Numbered from the stretch's first letter, positions 12,943-25,578 are shown. The stretch is 64,000 bases of DNA from Eledone cirrhosa (GCA_964016885.1 OZ024754.1:38998001-39062000); one strand, 5' to 3'. Made by a program: numbers and translations. Notes: generated by a model from the sequence alone, not told the origin.

Positions 12943-12994
12943 GGCTTTCCTGATGATTTACTCCGAATGAAACAGTTCTAGTCCTGTAGAAGCC
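12943..12994 (+). ncRNA. Type I hammerhead ribozyme motif (weak stem II) with an inverted partial copy at 12898-12936
   Basis: GGCTTTC-CTGATGA-TTTACTCCGAAT-GAA-ACAG-TTCTAGTC-CTGT-A-GAAGCC. The upstream 39 bp is its reverse complement, with 4 mismatches. Confidence 0.6.
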
Positions 12995-13224
12995 ATTTCT
13001 ATATTAAGTATTGATACTTTGCTATGTATTGAGTACCTTACTGTGGTTTCCCCCAATTGACAAACATATACATACATATATACATACATACATATATACA
13101 CACACACACAACAGGCAAAACTCCAAAGTAACAAAACTCACTATTTAGTCTTAATAAAATGAATATCAGAATTCTACTTCAGTATTGGGTACTCTTTTCT
13201 CTCGGCTGTCAACCACATACATAT

Positions 13225-13320
13225 CATCATCATCACCGTTTTATGTTGACGACGCCACGCTAGCATGGGTTAGACGGGTTGTCCTGTTGTGGGCAGTGCC
13301 AGGTCAAGTGACCATGTCTT
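13225..13320 (-). mobile_element. RTE/SINE 3' tail remnant
   Basis: (ATC)n followed by CCGTTT...CCACGCTAGCATGGGTTAGACGGG, the reverse complement of the RTE tail. Confidence 0.7.
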
Positions 13321-13321
13321 G

Positions 13322-13352
<31 letters not shown>

Positions 13353-13387
13353 CACATGAATCAAAGTTCTGTGCAAACCATTTATTA

Positions 13388-13432
13388 GCTTACAATTGTT
13401 TCGTCCAAACCGAGGTTTCAAGTCTTCGGAGC
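13388..13432 (-). ncRNA. Degenerate type I hammerhead motif in a Penelope-pLTR-like remnant (~13347-13620)
   Basis: The minus strand reads GCT-CCGAAGA-C-TTGAAACC-TC-GGTTTGGA-C-GAA-ACAATTGT-A-AGC, then AATAAA and (TA)n. The core has a U4->C change and stem III is palindromic. Confidence 0.55.
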
Positions 13433-13707
13433 AATTTTTCAATGATTGTTTACATACATGACCCCCTTTCCAACACAAGATACATCCAGAAACATAAGTA
13501 TATATCGATGCACAGTGGGGTGACATCCATTATAATATTTTTGCATGGCAATTTAAATTCAAAAATTAAAATCATATTAAAACAAGATTAAAACAAAATT
13601 AAGGTAGTAATAAATTACTGTCTTTCACTGTTTAGGGTTTAAAATATATATAACTATAAAAAGTTTTAGTATATACATAACCATAAATAGTATCCTTAAT
13701 ACTATAT

Positions 13708-13993
13708 GTCCCACACTGTAAATGTGGTTGGTGTTAGGAAGGGCATCCAGCTGTAGAAAACCTGCCAGACAGTCCACGCTGTAATGTGGCCGTGTAGGCA
13801 ACACGGTAAAAACCTCCCAGCCCCACACTGTAAATGTGGTTGGTGTTAGGAAGGGCATCCAACTGTAGAAAACCCGCCAGACAGTCCTATGCGAGCAAGA
13901 CAACCACTATTGCCTCAAGTGGGAAAACTCCCGTCCAAACCCATGCAAGCATGGAACACGGACGTTAAACGATGATGATGATGATGATGATGA
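13708..13993 (+). mobile_element. RTE LINE 3'-UTR copy with an internal duplication and (GAT)n tail
   Basis: Near-identical to 63535-63755. Segment 13709-13775 duplicates 13822-13888. Confidence 0.9.
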
Positions 13994-15304
13994 TACACAC
14001 ACATATAAATATCCTATCCACACATACTCTCATATAAATAGAAAAGGATAGTTTAAGAATTTCTTTGCTAAAAACTATTCAAAGAATTTTTACTGTGGAA
14101 ATGAAACCTCCAAGTTGTTGTAACTAGGCATGGTAGGCAGACCTTCTTATAGAGAGAGAGAGTGCATGGATGATGTGAGAGGTTTGCCTGAATCAAGGTA
14201 AAGTATACCTTGATGGGTGGATGAGTGAATGGGTGTATGGATGGATGGGCGGGTGGGTAGATATAGGGGGATTGAATGGTAAGGTGGAGAGATGGATTTT
14301 TAAATGGGTGGGTGTTGGTGTATACACATTCACACACACACACTTTCACTGACACACACACACACTCACTCACTCACTCACTCACACACACACTCACACT
14401 CACACACACACACATACTCATACACACACTCACACACATTTTTTTGGCAGAGATAGACAGCCAGACAAGCAGATACATGAATAAATAGAGAAAGAAATAG
14501 ATTTTTAGAGACACACAGACAGACAGACAGACAGGTTGACATATAAACAGATAGACTGACAGACAGACAGACAAAGAGATAGATTTTTAGAGCCAGACAG
14601 ATCTGAAGCAGTGGGTGGATTCCAAATGTTAGCTCAACTCTTTCTTAACCAACAGGGATTAGATATGAGTGGAGTAGAAGTGTCTCAATGTATTACTGGT
14701 ACACCAGACACACACACACACCTACAGATTGACACATACCCACACCTATAGATAGACATATACCTACACCAGTTATAGTCTTATGGTGGCGGTAGGGTGG
14801 GGGATGGTGACTCAATATTGACTTTTCAACTCTCCCCCATCAGTTTACCAGCTGGATGCTGTGATGGGAGTGGAGTTGGATAAATTAATGGTTTGTTAGG
14901 GCGGAATGGTGAAATGAAACTACTTTAGAAAGAAAGAAAAAGAATGAAAAAAGAAAAACAGAAAGCGGAAAAAGAAGAAAAAAAAGAACGAAGAAAAAAG
15001 AAAAAAAAGAATGAAGAAAAAAGAAAAAAAAGAACGAAGAAAAAGGGATAAAAAAGAAAAAAGAAAAAAGAAAAAAAGAAAAGAAAAAGAAGAAAGATTG
15101 TGGAGAGTTAGGTTTACTTATGTACTAGCATTAGAATGAGAGAGAGAGTCTGACGTGACTGTAGTGCTGGGTCTGTAGTATATAGTTACTATAGTTGCAG
15201 GAAACTTAAAACAATCACAAATAGGAAAGATATGGAATGGCTATGGAGATAATGTATGCAAGAGAGTGTGTGTGTGTGTGTGTGGTGGCGGGGCTGTGGG
15301 GGTA

Positions 15305-15921
15305 TATGTAAGGTATGTACGGACAAAGAACTCCTGAAGTAGTCATAGCAGCAACTGTACTGACATACAGCATGTCTTGGGCAGATTTAAACCTGCCGGA
15401 GCCTGTTCCTTCTTAAGGTTTAACCGTTTAGCATTTAAACCGGCCATATCTGACCAGAATTTTCTCACCTCTTTCTGTTCAAACCAGCCATAACTGGCCA
15501 CTCATAATTATGTTAAGGTATTGTTTTCAAAATAAATAATATCAAAATCTCAGACTCGATATTATATGAGTAAATTATGTAAAATAAAGCCTTTACCATG
15601 AAAATATAATTGTAAATATATACTATTATATTTTCATGGTAAAGGCTTTACCTCACATAATTATTAACTCACATAGTATCGAATCTATGAGATTTTGATA
15701 TTATCTATTTTGAGAACAATACCTTAACATCAGTATGAGTGGCCAGTTACAGCCGGTTTGAAAAAAAAGAGGTGAGAGAATTCTGGCCCGGATATAGCCG
15801 GTTTAAATGCTAAATGGTTAAACCTTAAGAAGGGACAGGTTCTGCCAGGTTTAAATCTGTATGTCGATACAGTGCTGCTACAACTACCTCATGAGTTCTT
15901 GGTCCGTACATACCTTACATA
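15305..15921. repeat. ~620-bp imperfect palindrome: two head-to-head MITE-A halves plus inverted flanking DNA
   Basis: TATGTAAGGTATGTACGGAC ... GTCCGTACATACCTTACATA, centred at ~15617. Confidence 0.85.
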
Positions 15922-16129
15922 AACACACACACACACACACACACCCACACAAGTGGCCAGTTACAGCCGGTTTGAACAAAAAGAGGTGAGAGAATTCTGG
16001 CCGGATTCAGCCGGTTGAAATGCTAAAGGGTTAAGCAGACTATGTTCTGCATGGAGCTTACAGTAACTACAGTCGTTACTGATTGTGGGATTTGCACCTG
16101 GACAGTTCTTCTCCAAGGTGCAAACTTGG

Positions 16130-16310
16130 ATAAGGTGTTTTGTAGGAGAGCAGCAGTCACCTATACATGCCACTGAAGTTGGAAAAGGGAAAAGACTAAT
16201 ACAACATGGCAGTGAACTGGAGCAACATTGAAACAAAGTGCATCTACCCAAGGAAACAAAGTACTACGCAGTCTGATTGTGAGTCCAACACCCTAACCAC
16301 TAAGCTGCAC
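16130..16310 (-). mobile_element. Degenerate CORE-type SINE
   Basis: Reverse complement of the tRNA head (GCTTAGTGGTTAGGGTGTTGGACTCACAATC) plus TTCCTTGGGTAGATGCACTTTGTTTC. Confidence 0.55.
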
Positions 16311-16883
16311 ACACCGTCCTGTCATGATTTAGCAGAAAATATCTAAAATTAGGCTTGTTAACTGACATTTTTACAGTATCTTCACTAGTAGATAGATTGT
16401 AGTGAAATTTTGCAATATTAGAGTAAAGACTTTAATTTTTAATATGATGTAGTCATAGTGCTGTGTTTTAAGACAGACTTGCAAATGTGAGTTGGTATGG
16501 TACAGGATGTTATTAACTTCATCTCAAAAACAACTGGTTCAAGTACCTCTTACTTGAAACATTGGAAGACAAATGGTGTGTACATACATGACTGTATGTG
16601 TGTGTGTGCTGTGTTGAAGAAGAGGTATTTAAAAACTGAAGTGAGATCTGTTTACTGACTGTAGTATATATAATCTCTTTATTTTAAACATTGTAAGATA
16701 AATAGTTTAACAATCAAATCATACCCCATCAGTCTATTAATAGTCTTTTGATTATCTTAGAAGATAAAAATTGTTAACATTTAACACCAACCAACGTGCT
16801 ATTAACTGAGAAATCTGTGGCCATCTTGCAGTGTTAGTTTCATACCTACACCATTTAGTAGCCAGCTAGTAATACCAGGTTTA

Positions 16884-17820
16884 TACTAGTCTAGTACTAC
16901 CAGATCTACTAGTCTAGTACTAGTACTACCAGTTCTTATACTAGTCTAGTACTACCAGATCTACTAGTCTAGTACTAGTACTACCAGTTCTTATACTAGT
17001 CTAGTACTACCAGTTCTTATACTAGTCTAGTACTACCAGATCTTATACTAGTCTAGTACTACCAGATCTACTAGTCTAGTACTACCAGATCTACTAGTCT
17101 AGTACTACCAGATCTACTAGTCTAGTACTACCAGATCTACTAGTCTAGTACTAGTACTACCAGTTCTTATACTAGTCTAGTACTACCAGTTCTTATACTA
17201 GTCTAGTACTACCAGATCTACTAGTCTAGTACTACCAGATCTACTAGTCTAGTACTACCAGATCTACTAGTCTAGTACTACCAGATCTACTAGTCTAGTA
17301 CTAGTACTACCAGTTCTTATACTAGTCTAGTACTGCCAGTTCTTATACTAGTCTAGTACTACAAGTTCTTATACTAGTCTAGTACTACAAGTTCTTATAC
17401 TAGTCTAGTACTACAAGTTCTTATACTAGTCTAGTACTACAAGTTCTTATACTAGTCTAGTACTACAAGTTCTTATACTAGTCTAGTACTACAAGTTCTT
17501 ATACTAGTCTAGTACTACAAGTTCTTATACTAGTCTAGTACTACAAGTTCTTATACTAGTCTAGTACTACAAGTTCTTATACTAGTCTAGTACTACAAGT
17601 TCTTATACTAGTCTAGTACTACAAGTTCTTATACTAGTCTAGTACTACAAGTTCTTATACTAGTCTAGTACTACCAGTTCTTATACTAGTCTAGTACTAC
17701 AAGTTCTTATACTAGTCTAGTACTACCAGTTCTTATACTAGTCTAGTACTACCAGTTCTTATACTAGTCTAGTACTAGTACTACCAGTTCTTATACTAGT
17801 CTAGTACTACCAGCTTTTAT
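16884..17820. repeat. 24/26-bp minisatellite (TACTAGTCTAGTACTAC[C/A]AGTTCTTA), ~36 copies
   Basis: Direct periodicity. Each unit contains the quasi-palindrome TACTAG-T-CTAGTA. A degenerate tail extends to ~17990. Confidence 0.95.
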
Positions 17821-18173
17821 ACCTACACTATTTAGTAGCCAGTTAATAGTACCAGCTATTAAACTACTGTGGTAGTACCAGCTACTATACTACAGTGGTA
17901 CTATACTACTATACTACAGTGGTAGTACCAGCTACTATACTACAGTGGTACTATACTACTATACTATTGAGGTAATACCAGCTACTATAACTAATCTGGT
18001 AGGTGTCTAATAGTACCAGCTATTATATTCTATTTAGTTTGCTAGCTAGAAACATCTGGCATTTTGAGCCGATGAACTCCCCCCACCCTCACCTTCTTAC
18101 TACACACTTTCATCAAGATGGAGACGATCACCCACAAGAATGAGCTGCTCCCTTTAGCATTTTCATTACTCTA

Positions 18174-18905
18174 CTAGCTGGACCCGGGAAAAAATTCACG
18201 GATAATCCCCTCTCTACATATTATAACCCTCTCTCTCTATATATAAACCCATCCCTTTCTCTATATATTAAAACCACCCTCTCTATATATTATAATACCC
18301 TCTCTATGTATATTTAACCTCCTCTCTCTATATTATAACCCCCCCCCTCTCTCTATATTATAACCCCCTTTCTCTAATTATAACCCCCTCTCTCTATATT
18401 ATAACCCTCTCTATATTATAACCCCCTCTCTCACTATATTATAACCCCCTCTCTCTATATTATAACCCCCTCTCTCTATATTATAACCCCCTCTCTCTCT
18501 ATATTATAACCCCTTCTCTCTCTCTCCTTTCCAAACGTTGCAACGCTCTTTGATTTTCTTTCGTCGTAGATTGTCGAAGATTGTTTACCACCCCACTTCC
18601 ATTGTTTTAGCTCGTCTCAGGGACGTCATTCGACTTTTATTTATATTACTTGTTTCTACTTTAGGCACAAGGCCAGCAATTACCCAGTGCATTACTAGTA
18701 CTTTATTTTATCGACCCCGTAAGGATGAAAGGCAAAGTCAACCTCGGCGGGATTTGAACTCAGATCGTAAAGGGACGTAACTATGCTTGAAAGCATGGCG
18801 TCCGACCCTCTACCGATACTGCCAATCCACCGACTTTTATTTATATTACTGAAAGCATGACGGTCGGACGTACGGTACATAGGTACAAGCGTATTAATAT
18901 ATAGA
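18174..18905 (-). mobile_element. Non-autonomous Helitron with an internal minisatellite
   Basis: The minus strand starts TC(TATATATTAATA) at 18905 and ends CTAG at 18174. A subterminal hairpin CCGTGAA-TTTT-TTCCCGG is present. It is inserted between A and T with no TSD. An internal (CTCTCTATATTATAACCCC)n array spans 18205-18525. Confidence 0.8.
18651..18832 (-). mobile_element. Full-length tRNA-derived SINE family S1 with TSD
   Basis: A box TGGCAGTATCGG and B box GAGTTCAAATCCC on the minus strand. A 20-bp direct repeat CGACTTTTATTTATATTACT lies at 18631-18650 and 18831-18850. Confidence 0.9.
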
Positions 18906-19814
18906 TATTTACTATTGTTATTTTGTGAGAGAAAAAAAGCTTTATTTTACATAATATCGAATCTATGAGATTTTGACATCAGTATGAATGGCCAGTTACA
19001 GCCAGTTTGAATTGAAAGAGGTGACAATTCTGGCCAGATGCAAGCAGTTTAAACTAACACGTCCACCATCACTATGAAACATTTGTATGACATGCTGTCA
19101 TTAATTTGCTTAATTGTTTTCAGGAAATAAAATATTTTGACAAATAAAAAAAAATAAAAAAAAATATAATATAATATAATATAATAAATAAAAAGTAAAT
19201 AAAAGTAAATAAGAAATAAAAAATAAATAATATAATATAAGAAATAAAAATAAAAGTACATAATAATTTCATTATTATTATTATTATGCAAATCTGATTG
19301 TTAACTCTTTCACTCTCTATCTCTCCATATCTGTGTCTCGCTCTATCCCTACCTATCTTTCTGTTTTTCCCCCTCTCTCAACATGTGCAGCTGCTAACTA
19401 ATGAAATCAACAGCTGCATCTGTCTTTTAACACGATGGGTTGGTCGTATTGCTTGTCAAGTGGTTTTATTTTATGAGAGAGAGGGAGAGAGAGGGAGAGA
19501 GAGCAACAGAGAGTGAGAGGTAGCAGCAGAGAGAGAGAGAGGGAGAGAGAGAGAGAGAGAGCAAGAGATAGCAATAGAGAGAGAGATAGCAATACTTCCA
19601 TTAGAGAAAGACTGAGTCACCCAACAAATATTCAATCAACCTCCAAAGTATTAACTCTATATTTCTATATCATCCATTCAGAGATCAATAATGCCATTGT
19701 TTGTCTCTCACTGGTTCACCACATTTATGATGATGAGAGGAGTGACAAGGGATTAAATGTGAAGTTCAGGTAATATAAACACAAGGTATTTTTCTACAAA
19801 CACACTGCTTTTTT

Positions 19815-20265
19815 GATTGTTCACACTTGCATGGTTTAGATGGGTTGTCATGTTATGAGACAAGTCAGGGCAGGTAACCACATCTTGCTCATACAGATCT
19901 GCATTAGGACTTGGTTTCTGGCTAGAAGCCCTTCCTATCGCTAACCACCTTACAGTGTGGACCGGGTGCCTTTTGGTTTTGTCACCAGCACGACCACCTT
20001 ACAGGGTGCTTTTGGGTTGTGTCACCAACACAACAGTGTGAACTGGGTGCTTTTTGACTGTGTCATCAGCACAACCACCTTATAGGGTGGACTGTGTGCT
20101 TTTTATTATGGCACCAAAACCCAAAACAGCCATCTAACAGTGTGGACTGGGTGCCTTTTGGTTGTGTCACCAGCACAGCAACCTTACAGGGTGGACTGAG
20201 TGCTTTTTGGCTGTGTCACCAGCACAACCACCTTACAGGGTGGACTGGCTGCTTTTTTCTTGTGA
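19815..20265 (-). mobile_element. RTE 3'-UTR remnant with ~6 degenerate tandem copies of its ~49-bp module
   Basis: ACCACCTTACAG[T/G]GTGGACTGGGTGC repeats from ~19945 to 20260. Confidence 0.75.
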
Positions 20266-21809
20266 CACAAGCACACACACACACATTATCATGAACGTAT
20301 TTATGTTCAATTTTTTGTCCATGCTGGCATGCCAACCCATGCCAACATGGAAAACCAAGCACACCCCACAATCTATTGCCAGATGTTAATCATTTAGCGA
20401 TCTCTTCCACAGTCCAACACTTGCTCTCCAACTATCTGACAATCCCTTCTCCAGAAAAGCAGCATGTAGTCACCCTTCCTCCTATTCTAATCATGGCTTT
20501 CCCTAACCTAACCAAGGACACAAGTGCCCTAGTTTTGCAATGTCATAATATAAAAAATACCCAGCCCACACTATATGTAGGGGCCATGATAAAACACTCA
20601 TTTTATTATAAACAGTTTGGGACCAGAGGGAACTTGCTATCAAAAGTGTTAAGTGAAATAAAAATTGTTTTAGAGTGAGAATTTATCTATCTATATAGCA
20701 GAGGTAGAACTATATATATACAATTGCTTGAAGGAAAGTAGAGAATTATATAAGATAGTATGTAATTGCCATGTGTTCATATATATATATACGACCAAAA
20801 TTAGATTAAAGATGCCATGTCTGAGAATATTAGAAGCATGCATCTGGAATAAGCTCAAAGATTCCAAGTAATAAATCTGAGTATTTATTAACATTAAATT
20901 AAAAGTCGAATGACATATATATATATAAAATAAACACATCAAACAATTACAGGGGATAATTTGTAAAGAGTGTAAACACATAGTTATGGAGGTAACATAT
21001 ATATAAGATCTTAAAGTATGTATATTTTCTTGAATATTATTTGCTTTAAATATGTGTACAAAATACTCTGTGTTTCTCAAACAATATGATTCTTTCTCTA
21101 TATATATAACTATAACATAAACAAATAAAAACCAAATCCATATTATCCTTGAACCCAAGCAAACACAAATCATAAACCTATATTCAACTCTACACACAAA
21201 ACTGTACCAAATCAGCAATAAATCAAATTCAAACATGACCTCAAAAAACCAAACCAGTCAAACAACAACCAAGCTGCTCTAATTACTGGTATGTGGATGG
21301 CGAATATCATCAGGCTGCAGGTGTGGTATTATGTAGTTTCTGTATTACTCTGCAGTGACTACTACTCCATCACATATAAATATTATTAAAGTTTATTAAA
21401 AGACACCTTATCTCATTGAACCCCAAAATCTCTTGATCAGAAACCACTCCGGGGAAACACTATTCTATAGTAATGAGATTAATTATAACTGGCAGAGTTA
21501 TTTTCATTACTTTGAACTAAATACCAAGCAACTTGGCAGCAGTTCTTCAGGACAATTTCTTTTAATGTCAACAGTTAATCAGAAAACAAATGTGTCATAT
21601 TACGATGATGTTACACTAATTAAAAATCAACGCCAATACAATCATTGCTATCATCATTACAACTTCTAAAGATCTATAAGGTGAAGAAAAAAATTGGAAG
21701 AAACTCAAACACTGCAAAAAGCTTTGAACCGTTAATAACTGAATCTGGTTTTATGATATATGGAGTCCATTTTAAAAGAGTTCAGATTATATAAAAAATC
21801 TCATTTTTT

Positions 21810-22021
21810 TAACCTTTTAGCATTTAAACCAGCTGAATCCAACCAGAATTCTCTCACCTCTTTCTGTTCAAACTGGCCATAACCAGCTGCTCATACCTAT
21901 GTTAAGGCATTGTTCTCAAAATAAATAACACCCAAATATCGTAGATTCGATATTTTGTGAGATAATTATGTGAGGTAAAGTGTTTGCTTTATATACAGTA
22001 ATATAAATGATAAAGAGTTAA
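21810..22021 (-). mobile_element. TTAA-bounded MITE family A
   Basis: TAACCTTTTAGCATTTAAACC ... AAATGATAAAGAGTTAA. Confidence 0.8.
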
Positions 22022-22354
22022 AGAAATCTGTTAAATAAAGTTTCAAATAACAGCTTACTGATGAAAAGGTTGGTTACTTTATTAAATGTTTCCAAATTAT
22101 TTATTATTTTCAACATTATTTGAAATATATAGCTAGTGTAATTTTATTAACGAAAGACTGAGTCACCCAATTGATCTAATAATGTCCACTGAAGTTATCA
22201 AAATATTTAACTAGAAGACATTAACAGCTTCAGTTTATCTATTTGACATTTCAGTAGATAAGTGACAAACAACCAAACACCTCAGTCAGTTCTTGATTGT
22301 TTTCCTTTTTTTTTTCTGTCACCTCTTACTATCAGTTTCTACAAACAATATACC

Positions 22355-22628
<274 letters not shown>

Positions 22629-22940
22629 TTTTTAAATTCAAAACTGTCTACTTCTTCCCATGATGCAACAGAAATTACTCACAGCCATTTTGCCATACAG
22701 CAAACTCATTCAATACATTCAAACACATAGACAATGATGATGATCATCATCAAGATGATTCTATGGATTTGTGTGACTCTTGGTACCAAACAACTTGAAA
22801 CCACACTTCATTCTACAATACAAACCTGTTTATTTTAAAGTGTTTATATTTATGTAAGAACCTTTTCATAATGAGAAAGTTATATTACTAAATCCCTTCA
22901 AATATTTGTTATTATTTTCAAAGTTATTTGAAAATCAAAG

Positions 22941-24575
22941 GAAATTTAGTAGGTAGTGTCTTTCATTAGAAATTTAGTAGGTAGTGTCTTTCATTAGAAA
23001 TTTAGTAAGTAGTGTCTTTCATTAGAAATTTAGTAGGTAGTGTTTTTCATTAGAAATTTAGTAAGTAGTGTCTTTCATTAGAAATTTAGTAGGTAGTGTT
23101 TTTCATTAGAAATTTAGTAAGTAGTGTCTTTCATTAGAAATTTAGTAGGTAGTGTTTTTCATTAGAAATTTAGTAGATAGTGTCTTTCATTAGAAATTTA
23201 GTAGGTAGTGTTTTTCATTAGAAATTTAGTAAGTAGTGTCTTTCATTAGAAATTTAGTAAGTAGTGTCTTTCATTAGAAATTTAGTAGGTAGTGTTTTTC
23301 ATTAGAAATTTAGTAAGTAGTGTCTTTCATTAGAAATTTAGTAAGTAGTGTCTTTCATTAGAAATTTAGTAGGTAGTGTCTTTCATTAGAAATTTAGTAG
23401 GTAGTGTCTTTCATTAGAAATTTAGTAGATAGTGTCTTTCATTAGAAATTTAGTAAGTAGTGTCTTTCATTAGAAATTTAGTAGGTAGTGTCTTTCATTA
23501 GAAATTTAGTAGGTAGTGTCTTTCATTAGAAATTTAGTAGATAGTGTCTTTCATTAGAAATTTAGTAAGTAGTGTCTTTCATTAGAAATTTAGTAGGTAG
23601 TGTCTTTCATTAGAAATTTAGTAAGTAGTGTCTTTCATTAGAAATTTAGTAGGTAGTGTTTTTCATTAGAAATTTAGTAAGTAGTGTCTTTCATTAGAAA
23701 TTTAGTAGGTAGTGTTTTTCATTAGAAATTTAGTAGATAGTGTCTTTCATTAGAAATTTAGTAAGTAGTGTCTTTCATTAGAAATTTAGTAGGTAGTGTC
23801 TTTCATTAGAAATTTAGTAGGTAGTGTCTTTCATTAGAAATTTAGTAAGTAGTGTCTTTCATTAGAAATTTAGTAGGTAGTGTTTTTCATTAGAAATTTA
23901 GTAGATAGTGTCTTTCATTAGAAATTTAGTAAGTAGTGTCTTTCATTAGAAATTTAGTAGGTAGTGTCTTTCATTAGAAATTTAGTAGGTAGTGTCTTTC
24001 ATTAGAAATTTAGTAAGTAGTGTCTTTCATTAGAAATTTAGTAGGTAGTGTTTTTCATTAGAAATTTAGTAGATAGTGTCTTTCATTAGAAATTTAGTAG
24101 GTAGTGTCTTTCATTAGAAATTTAGTAGGTAGTGTCTTTCATTAGAAATTTAGTAAGTAGTGTCTTTCATTAGAAATTTAGTAAGTAGTGTCTTTCATTA
24201 GAAATTTAGTAGGTAGTGTCTTTCATTAGAAATTTAGTAGATAGTGTCTTTCATTAGAAATTTAGTAGGTAGTGTCTTTCATTAGAAATTTAGTAGGTAG
24301 TGTCTTTCATTAGAAATTTAGTAAGTAGTGTCTTTCATTAGAAATTTAGTAGGTAGTGTCTTTCATTAGAAATTTAGTAAGTAGTGTCTTTCATTAGAAA
24401 TTTAGTAGGTAGTGTCTTTCATTAGAAATTTAGTAGATAGTGTCTTTCATTAGAAATTTAGTAGGTAGTGTCTTTCATTAGAAATTTAGTAGGTAGTGTC
24501 TTTCATTAGAAATTTAGTAAGTAGTGTCTTTCATTAGAAATTTAGTAAGTAGTGTCTTTCCTTAAAAATTTAGTA
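22941..24575. repeat. 28-bp minisatellite (GAAATTTAGTAGGTAGTGTCTTTCATTA), ~58 copies, inside a MITE-C copy
   Basis: Period of 28. The unit matches the MITE-C subterminal GCAGTGTCTTTCATTAGAAA (cf. 26046-26065). The MITE end AAAAGGTTAA follows at 24587. Confidence 0.95.
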
Positions 24576-25378
24576 ACAAAAGGTTAAGTATATAATTTAC
24601 AAGATCTGACTAATACTAAATTATCATTATCACCTCCTCCTAGTTTTTCTCTGCTAGGTTGGGTTGGACAGGTCTGCAATACAGTATAATACAGTACCTC
24701 AAGCTTTGTAATATAGGGGATGAAAATTAATGAAACAAAGTAGATTGTGGGGCCACTATAGATGTTTAGTTTGCAAACCTTATCTCTTGAGATGCGAGGA
24801 CTTGCCTTTAACTAAAAAATGGCCACTAGAATTATGAACAAGAATAGAATACAATTAAAGCTCCAAAATTAAAAATTTGAAGTAATGTAGTTTCATGTGG
24901 TACAGGACGTTAAATGAAGGTTAGAACAAACAGTCTTGTATCACAGAACTAAAGGCGTTTTAGGTGGTTTGAGATCAAAACACACACGCATTACACACAC
25001 AGTAATACATGGCAGGCTTGTTTTATAGTTTCCATCTAACAAATTTCCTCTCAAAGCATCTGTTGACCCAGGACTACAGCTGAAGAAACCCAAAACCAGA
25101 AAGTTGTTATGAAGCAAACATCTTCACAGAGAAACTCTATAATATATAAATAATTCTCTGACATATTAAACTAGATTTTCATCTAAAACTATCTGCAATC
25201 TCTAGATCTCTCTCTCAACTACAAGTGGCACCCAGTTGATAATGTCGATAAAATATCATTACATCATTACAGTTTGTCTCTCCACCTACAGTGAAATGAA
25301 GTAATTAACCCTTTAGCATTTACATTCCTCTATATTTACCTATTACATTTTCATGGTAAAGGCTTTATTCATATGATT

Positions 25379-25578
25379 NNNNNNNNNNNNNNNNNNNNNN
25401 NNNNNNNNNNNNNNNNNNNNNNNNNNNNNNNNNNNNNNNNNNNNNNNNNNNNNNNNNNNNNNNNNNNNNNNNNNNNNNNNNNNNNNNNNNNNNNNNNNNN
25501 NNNNNNNNNNNNNNNNNNNNNNNNNNNNNNNNNNNNNNNNNNNNNNNNNNNNNNNNNNNNNNNNNNNNNNNNNNNNNN
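25379..25578. other. Assembly gap (200 N)
   Basis: Run of N. It truncates a MITE-A copy that begins at ~25306. Confidence 0.99.

Larger units (their letters stand above)
18150..19053 (+). mobile_element. TTAA-type MITE family A interrupted by a Helitron
   Basis: The left end CCCTTTAGCATTTTCATTACTCTA stops at 18173 and resumes at 18906 (TATTTACTATT...ATATCGAATCTATGAGATTTTG...CAGTTTAAA), colinear with the intact copy at 51549. Confidence 0.75.

Noticed and set aside
20350-20570. Possible minus-strand RTE ORF remnant
   Set aside because: Only vague motif resemblance, too degenerate to support.
21291-21375. Imperfect ~85-nt hairpin, possibly pre-miRNA-like
   Set aside because: Pairing is patchy with large internal loops, and there is no recognisable mature sequence.
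21500-21550. Minus-strand CTGAAGA followed by a hairpin, as a hammerhead candidate
   Set aside because: There is no correctly placed GAAA box and no stem I/III.
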